The position numbers and the translations under genes are program-made. Of a DNA stretch of 64,000 nt, positions 58,770-64,000 are shown one piece after another; the first letter of the stretch is position 1, and each line of letters begins with the position of its first letter. This stretch comes from Actinomycetota bacterium (GTDB taxonomy: Bacteria > Actinomycetota > Acidimicrobiia > Spongiisociales > UBA5794): contig JAADIG010000005.1 in assembly GCA_013151445.1 (NCBI GenBank), positions 30,838 to 94,837 of the forward strand. The letters are read 5' to 3'. The notes under the pieces are model-generated. The model saw nothing but the letters and a program-made list of their open reading frames with translations. It was not told the DNA's origin and made no database searches.

Positions 58770-61142
58770 CTATCTGATCTCGCGTGCGAAGAGGTCAATT
58801 GTGTCTTTGAGCTGTGGCTCACGTTCGTAATTGCTGTGCGACTCGTAGGGGAACAGAGGTGCGAGGGCTTCGAGGACACGAATATCGGCTTCCGGGTCCG
58901 GTGGTGACAATGTGCCGCCGGGTGCTACAAACACCTTCCGGCCGATGTAGTCGGTCGGGCGCCACAGGTTGCGCCACGCTTGGGTACCGGTTGAGCGAAG
59001 AGTGGCGAGCCGGTCTCTGAGTGCATCGAAGAGGCCGGGGGTGCCAAAGTTTTCGGGGAAGAACCGGCCGTAAAGAGTGCTGAGTGGGGACCCGAACGTG
59101 ACGAGGCCGACCCTGGTCAGCGATTCTGCGGGCAACCTTTGGGAGGGTCCGGCAATGGCTGCGTAACTGTTGGGCTCGATGGTGTCGGTACCGTCGGTGG
59201 TGGGACCTACGGTGTTCGGCAGGTTGAATCCGACCTGTTCGCGTTCGGCAGCTATCTGGACCAGGGCAGCGAACGCAATGACGGTTCCCTGTGAATGTGC
59301 AGACACGATCACCGACTTTCCCGCAAGGAGGTGATGTCGGACGCGATCCCGGAACTCTGGAACTGCTCGCTCGGCATAACAGGGTGCTGCAAGAGGATGG
59401 AAACGACGTGGCCAAAAGCTCAGCACATCCCAAACCTTGCCGAGCTGACGGCGGCTGGCACGAGATTGTGCGTTCTTCCGAATCAACTGGACGCCCGGGA
59501 ACACGTAAAGGACAATGATGACTGCTGCCGCGGGGTGAAGAAAGCTCAGTCCCTCGATTCCCAGTAGAGGAGCGGCAAAGGCGCCGTCTGGTCCTGCGGA
59601 CACGTTGAACCCACCGATCCACCCCTGAACGAACGTCGTGATGAGCAGAATGGTTACAAGAAGCAGAATCAGCCCGTCTCCACGCGATGGAAGTTTTGCG
59701 AGGACCCGGGCTTTCGCCACCGCCCGGACCCATGCACTCTCCCGATCTGAGAGCGTATTGCGCCGATCGAAGTAGTCCGCGCGGACCGCGGCGGAAGGTT
59801 TTGTCGAGAGGCGCAGGTACAGGAGCAGCGTGATCGCGCTGAGGATCATCGAAACGATGAGGATATCGATGAGTACGATGTCAAAGCCGTTGTCGGCAAC
59901 CCACTGTGCCCCTCGTAATGCCCTTCCGAGTACATGAGCGATGGCGACGAACCCTGCTCCCGCGATCGTGATCGAAAGACCCGCGGCGAGTGCGGGAAAC
60001 AACCACAGCCAGCCACCGAGATTGGCGTGGTCATCGAGTAGGAACCGGCGGTAGAACATCAGGCCGAGGGTGAGTACACCGACAATGTAGAACACCATCG
60101 ACAGCCCCCGGATCGCATCGAGGTACCCCAGCGGTGTCGTGATCGTGTTGTCGATGAGACCGCTGGCGAGCGTGACGAGACCGTAGCCAGATATCCCGAG
60201 GAGAACATGGGTACCCGTCCACGCTGCCTGTCGTCTTGTGTCTTGCACCGCGGTGTGATTCCGGTCGCCAGCATCACGGAATCTTTCGGGGCCGCTGAGC
60301 CACCAGAGGGCCACCACGACTGCGAGCATCACCGCGGAGATCGCAAACTGGGCACCTAGCGGTGGGGTGACCCATCCCATACGGGCGACAGCATGTCCGG
60401 CCGCCGCCCCAAGCAACAGCATCGTCAGCCCCAGGTGCCACCGAAACAGCCTCCGATGTTCCTCCCACCGGTACCAGAAGCCCTGGTTCTCCAGCGTCGT
60501 ATTACGACGCAGTCGGCTCGTGTCCGAGCGGCCTTGGTCCATCGAGCCTATGGCTCTGCGGGCCGGGTCCGCCTCGTATCCTTCAAGCTGATCCTGGCTG
60601 CGGAGGATGAACAGGAAAAGTCCGAGGATCAAAAATGCCGCAAGACCGATGCCGACGGTCACCAGCCAGACGGGGTTGGATCCGAACCATCCCACGGGTC
60701 CGACGTACCAACGACTCGAACACTCTGTCGTTGCTGCGCAACCGAAGGCAACGATTTCGGTCGTAAGCGTCGCAGTCCACATGACGTACACGGCCGTGAT
60801 TGCCAACCCGCCGAGTACTACTAGCAGCCGCCCCCACCACAGGCTCGATCGGACCCTCTCGTCGGGTGTGCCGCGTTCGTCGGCCGTGGGCTGGAACATC
60901 CATCCCGCCACGTTCATCAGGGTGAACGGAAGCAGTATCCACCACACTGCCGTGCTCGATGCGCCCGATGTGAGCCGACCCCATTCGTACGCTTCGATAT
61001 CCCGATCATCAGATGGGGGTACGTCAGGTTTGTAGAAACCCGCCGTTCGATCTCCCGCCGTTTGGGTAACGGGACCCCCGAGGATCTCCTGTGCGGTCGC
61101 ACCACCGACACCGCGGATCTCCAGCTGCACCGTTTGTGGCAT
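58770..61142 (-). CDS. Large polytopic membrane protein with C-terminal lipase/esterase-like alpha/beta-hydrolase domain
   Basis: The N-terminal ~560 aa contain at least 12 hydrophobic helices. The C-terminal ~230 aa carry the classic lipase pentapeptide 'GHSQG' in 'VIVSAHSQGTVIAF' plus 'VTFGSPL'. Confidence 0.55.
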   Translation of the reverse strand: MPQTVQLEIRGVGGATAQEILGGPVTQTAGDRTAGFYKPDVPPSDDRDIEAYEWGRLTSGASSTAVWWILLPFTLMNVAGWMFQPTADERGTPDERVRSSLWWGRLLVVLGGLAITAVYVMWTATLTTEIVAFGCAATTECSSRWYVGPVGWFGSNPVWLVTVGIGLAAFLILGLFLFILRSQDQLEGYEADPARRAIGSMDQGRSDTSRLRRNTTLENQGFWYRWEEHRRLFRWHLGLTMLLLGAAAGHAVARMGWVTPPLGAQFAISAVMLAVVVALWWLSGPERFRDAGDRNHTAVQDTRRQAAWTGTHVLLGISGYGLVTLASGLIDNTITTPLGYLDAIRGLSMVFYIVGVLTLGLMFYRRFLLDDHANLGGWLWLFPALAAGLSITIAGAGFVAIAHVLGRALRGAQWVADNGFDIVLIDILIVSMILSAITLLLYLRLSTKPSAAVRADYFDRRNTLSDRESAWVRAVAKARVLAKLPSRGDGLILLLVTILLITTFVQGWIGGFNVSAGPDGAFAAPLLGIEGLSFLHPAAAVIIVLYVFPGVQLIRKNAQSRASRRQLGKVWDVLSFWPRRFHPLAAPCYAERAVPEFRDRVRHHLLAGKSVIVSAHSQGTVIAFAALVQIAAEREQVGFNLPNTVGPTTDGTDTIEPNSYAAIAGPSQRLPAESLTRVGLVTFGSPLSTLYGRFFPENFGTPGLFDALRDRLATLRSTGTQAWRNLWRPTDYIGRKVFVAPGGTLSPPDPEADIRVLEALAPLFPYESHSNYEREPQLKDTIDLFAREIR

Positions 61143-61308
61143 ATTCCCTCGTTTCGCCGCCCATCACTGTACGCGAATATTGAGGGGTATCTCACCAGGT
61201 GGGGCACAGGTGGCGGATAGGTGTGGTCTTGGGAGACAGATGGCAGACCCTTGACGCTTCCGCCAGTATCTGCGGGAGGGGCTCAACTCCCGGGAGCCAT
61301 CCGCATCC

Positions 61309-61710
61309 CTACTGGACGCGGAACGTCCAGGTGAATTCACCGGTATCGGCCGATCCGACGATGCGGTTGTACACCACCGCGACGGAGTGGTCGCCAACGG
61401 GCCACGCTAGATTCCCCTCTTCGTCACTTGGACGCCATATGGTCACGCCGGTTGCTTGGGTGACGTTGAGAAACTCGGAGGGTATCTCAACGCCGTCAAC
61501 GAACAGCTGGATCTCGTAACCAACTTTCATGTCAACCATTACGGAGACCTGGCGTTGCACCGTGTCGCCCTGTCCAGGGGAGAAGCGCTCGACGGCATCC
61601 GGAACGACCGCCGCTCTTCCAGTAGGTGCGAAGAGGACAACACCGACAATGACACCGATGAGGGCAAGGCCGAGCAGGGTGAGGGTGATGCGGAAACGGG
61701 TCGAGTTCAT
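61309..61710 (-). CDS. Small membrane-anchored / secreted β-rich protein, unknown function
   Basis: N-terminal 'ITLTLLGLALIGVIVGVVLFA' signal/anchor, then ~100 aa with a β-strand pattern. No motif recognised. Confidence 0.4.
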   Translation of the reverse strand: MNSTRFRITLTLLGLALIGVIVGVVLFAPTGRAAVVPDAVERFSPGQGDTVQRQVSVMVDMKVGYEIQLFVDGVEIPSEFLNVTQATGVTIWRPSDEEGNLAWPVGDHSVAVVYNRIVGSADTGEFTWTFRVQ

Positions 61711-61767
61711 GGTGTCATTCTACGACCTGCGTATGCAACGCTGGCTCTGTGAGCTACCGTTGCGCCC

Positions 61768-62922
61768 ATGCGTATCAATCCCGTTCTCAGCGAGCTAGGC
61801 GAGTACAAGATCGCCGCCGTAAAAGAGATTGCCCGGGCGCTTCAAGCCGAGGGTAAGAACGTCATCGATTTTTCGATAGGTGACCCCCGCGAGCCGACAC
61901 CAGCGTTCATTACCGACGCACTCCACGATGCTATCCCAGCGGTGAGCCAGTATCCGGCGGCGGCCGGACTCCCCGAGTTTCGCGCGGCCGTCGCGGATTA
62001 CGTGCAACGGCGGTTTGGCGTTTCGGTCGATCCCGACACCCAGATCGTACCGACCTCGGGGTCCAAGGAGGCGGTGTTCAACACTCCGTTTGCGTTTTGT
62101 GATCCCGGTGCGAACGATGTCGTCGTGTATGGATCGCCGGGATATCCGATCTACGAACGCGGGGCCCGATTCGCCGGCGCCGAGGCGTACGCCGTTGAGC
62201 TATCTGGTGACTTCGTGTTACGCCACGACGACATTCCCGACGATATTTGGAGCCGCACCCGTCTCGTCTGGACGTGCACGCCTCATAACCCGACCGGGGC
62301 TGTCACTGCGGCTGGGGACCTTGGTGCGCTTCTGGATCGTTGTCGAACCAGCGATGCTTTGCTGCTGTCAGATGAGTGTTACATGGATGTGTACGAAGAA
62401 GAGCACTTCCCCGACGGTCCGACATCGACGCTTCAGGTCGCCGGGCCGGGCTGCCAGGGCGCCCTCGTGTACTTGTCGCTCTCGAAGCGGTCCGGCATGA
62501 CGGGGTACCGGTCCGGGGCGATCGTCGGTGATCCCGACGCGATTGCGGTGCTGAAGAACCTACGATCCACAACCGGCACTGCGGCACCGGAACACATCCA
62601 GAGGATGGCGGTGGCAGCCTGGGGGGACGATGTCCACGCCGAGGAACGTCGGGATGTGTTCGCCGCGAAACGTGCAGTGCTTCGTCAAGGATTTGAGCCG
62701 CTGGGTTACAAGGTCGTGGCATCCCAGGCTGGGCTGTATTTATGGATTGCGGTCGGTGACGACTTGGCCATGATGGATAGATTGTTGCAAAGTGGTGTTG
62801 TTGTTTCGGCTGGCCGGTTCTTCGGCGCCGGCGGTGAGGGTTACATTCGCCTCGCACTTGTCCCGACTCTCGAAGATTGCGCCAAGGCCGCGGAGGTGGT
62901 TCGCACATGTCTGAGTTCGTAA
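61768..62922 (+). CDS. dapC: PLP-dependent aminotransferase class I; by context N-succinyldiaminopimelate aminotransferase
   Basis: PLP-Lys motif 'LSKRSGMTGYRSG' and 'SGSKEAVFN'. Immediately upstream of, and overlapping, dapD-dapE. Confidence 0.7.
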   Translation: MRINPVLSELGEYKIAAVKEIARALQAEGKNVIDFSIGDPREPTPAFITDALHDAIPAVSQYPAAAGLPEFRAAVADYVQRRFGVSVDPDTQIVPTSGSKEAVFNTPFAFCDPGANDVVVYGSPGYPIYERGARFAGAEAYAVELSGDFVLRHDDIPDDIWSRTRLVWTCTPHNPTGAVTAAGDLGALLDRCRTSDALLLSDECYMDVYEEEHFPDGPTSTLQVAGPGCQGALVYLSLSKRSGMTGYRSGAIVGDPDAIAVLKNLRSTTGTAAPEHIQRMAVAAWGDDVHAEERRDVFAAKRAVLRQGFEPLGYKVVASQAGLYLWIAVGDDLAMMDRLLQSGVVVSAGRFFGAGGEGYIRLALVPTLEDCAKAAEVVRTCLSS

Positions 62923-63725
62923 CCGATAGGGAAGTTATCGAAGCCGCATATGCCGACCTCGACCTACTTGAGGAGGCTACCGAATCGGTGGAAAGGACCA
63001 TTGCACGTCTCGACCGCGGCGAGGTGCGCGTCGCCGAGCCCGCCGATGGTGACTGGGTCGTCAACCAATGGGTTAAACAGGCGATCTCGTTGTACTTCCG
63101 CATCGCAAAGCTGGAAACGTGGAGTCTTGGCATATTCGAGTTCTATGACAAGATCCCACCCAAGACCGGGTTGGAGGCATTCGGTGTGCGGGTCGTTCCC
63201 CCGGGTGTCATTCGTTACGGTGCGTTCTGCGAACCCGGTGTGGTTGTTATGCCGGGGTATGTCAACATCGGTGCGTATGTCGGGTCCGGAACCATGGTCG
63301 ACACCTGGGCGACCGTCGGATCTTGCGCCCAGATCGGCACGGGTGTGCATCTATCGGGTGGTGTCGGGATCGGTGGGGTTCTCGAACCGCCAGGGGCGTC
63401 ACCCGTCATCATCGAAGATGGGGCGTTCATAGGGAGCCGGTCGATTGTTGTCGAGGGGGTGCGCATTGGTGCCGGGGCGGTGCTCGGAGCAAATACGACG
63501 ATCACGAAATCGACTCCGATTATTGATGTGACGGGATCCGAACCAGTGGAAACTCGCGGAGTCGTTCCCCCCAACGCCGTGGTGGTCCCCGGTACTCGGC
63601 CAAAGCAATTCCCCGCAGGGACCTACGACCTGCAGTGTGCCCTCATTATCGGAGAGCGCTCTGGGTCGACGGATCGCAAGACATCGTTGAACGATGCGCT
63701 CCGCGTCTTCGGAGTGTCGGTATGA
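62907..63725 (+). CDS. dapD: 2,3,4,5-tetrahydropyridine-2,6-dicarboxylate N-succinyltransferase
   Basis: Left-handed β-helix hexapeptide repeats ('IGAYVGSGTMVDTWATVGSCAQIGTGVHLSGGVGIGGVLEP') and DapD N-domain. Start at ATG 62907, inside the 16-nt overlap with dapC. Confidence 0.85.
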   Translation: MSEFVTDREVIEAAYADLDLLEEATESVERTIARLDRGEVRVAEPADGDWVVNQWVKQAISLYFRIAKLETWSLGIFEFYDKIPPKTGLEAFGVRVVPPGVIRYGAFCEPGVVVMPGYVNIGAYVGSGTMVDTWATVGSCAQIGTGVHLSGGVGIGGVLEPPGASPVIIEDGAFIGSRSIVVEGVRIGAGAVLGANTTITKSTPIIDVTGSEPVETRGVVPPNAVVVPGTRPKQFPAGTYDLQCALIIGERSGSTDRKTSLNDALRVFGVSV

Positions 63726-64000
63726 CTCTTGTCGAGACGCTTGTTTGGCTTGTTAATACACCGTCGGTGACGGGCGATGAGGCACGTATCTGCACCGAGA
63801 TAGCCGATCGGCTCGGTGGTGTCTACACCAGCGACGAGATCGTCCGTGTGGGCAACTCGGTGGTGGTCGGTCGGCGTACCGGCAAACCCTTGATTGCGCT
63901 GTACGGCCACACCGATACCGTCCCAGTTCAAGACAACGCGACGGCCCGGCTTGAGGGGGAGCGCCTCTTCGGTCTGGGAACGTCAGACATGAAATCTGGT
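63722..64000 (+). CDS. dapE: Succinyl-diaminopimelate desuccinylase (M20 peptidase), N-terminal fragment
   Basis: 'LYGHTDTVPV' M20 metal-binding motif. ATGA overlap with dapD. 3' end outside window. Confidence 0.8.
   Translation, partial: MTLVETLVWLVNTPSVTGDEARICTEIADRLGGVYTSDEIVRVGNSVVVGRRTGKPLIALYGHTDTVPVQDNATARLEGERLFGLGTSDMKSG

Overview
High-GC (~65-70%) actinobacterial chromosomal segment, densely packed with about 62 protein-coding genes. I found no rRNA, tRNA, CRISPR array, IS element or prophage. Several tandem gene orders match mycobacteria / Corynebacteriales-type Actinobacteria as I remember them: ppk1-mutT1; iscS-mnmA followed by a MetE-like protein, a lipoprotein and ligA; ergothioneine egt genes beside a moxR2-type cluster; dapC-dapD-dapE. 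Main modules, left to right: a polysaccharide/glycosyltransferase locus; korAB 2-oxoglutarate:ferredoxin oxidoreductase; an amidase; a divergent Ni-superoxide dismutase pair sodX/sodN; the lipid-II flippase murJ co-transcribed with two ABC-2 exporter pairs; deoC plus two aldehyde-dehydrogenase paralogs, one truncated; pgl, rpiB-ppk1-mutT1; murA plus a SpoIID/LytB protein; meaB, enoyl-CoA hydratase, usp; a Liv-type ABC importer plus an aryl/acyl-CoA ligase; mycoredoxin-like protein; iscS-mnmA; ligA; a long translationally coupled minus-strand operon that joins ergothioneine genes egtB-egtC-egtD to an uncharacterised membrane / DUF4129 / DUF4350 / MoxR / DUF58 system, with SpoIIM-like and RDD genes adjacent; an FAD-linked oxidase; a YceI-domain membrane protein; a large polytopic membrane protein carrying a C-terminal GHSQG lipase-like domain; and dapC-dapD-dapE. 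Most candidates for further study are: (a) the 8-gene egtBCD plus MoxR-DUF58-DUF4350-DUF4129 operon, which lacks egtA and egtE; (b) sodN with a Phe in place of the conserved Ni-hook proline; (c) the ABC-ABC-murJ operon; (d) the membrane-lipase fusion; (e) a DUF402-like::GT2 fusion. The ORF track uses GTG/TTG as starts, and many long antisense ORFs are GC-driven artefacts. Start codons were refined where a conserved N-terminus, a signal peptide or an ATGA/GTGA stop-start overlap was visible. All family assignments rest on recognisable motifs in the translations, not on database searches.
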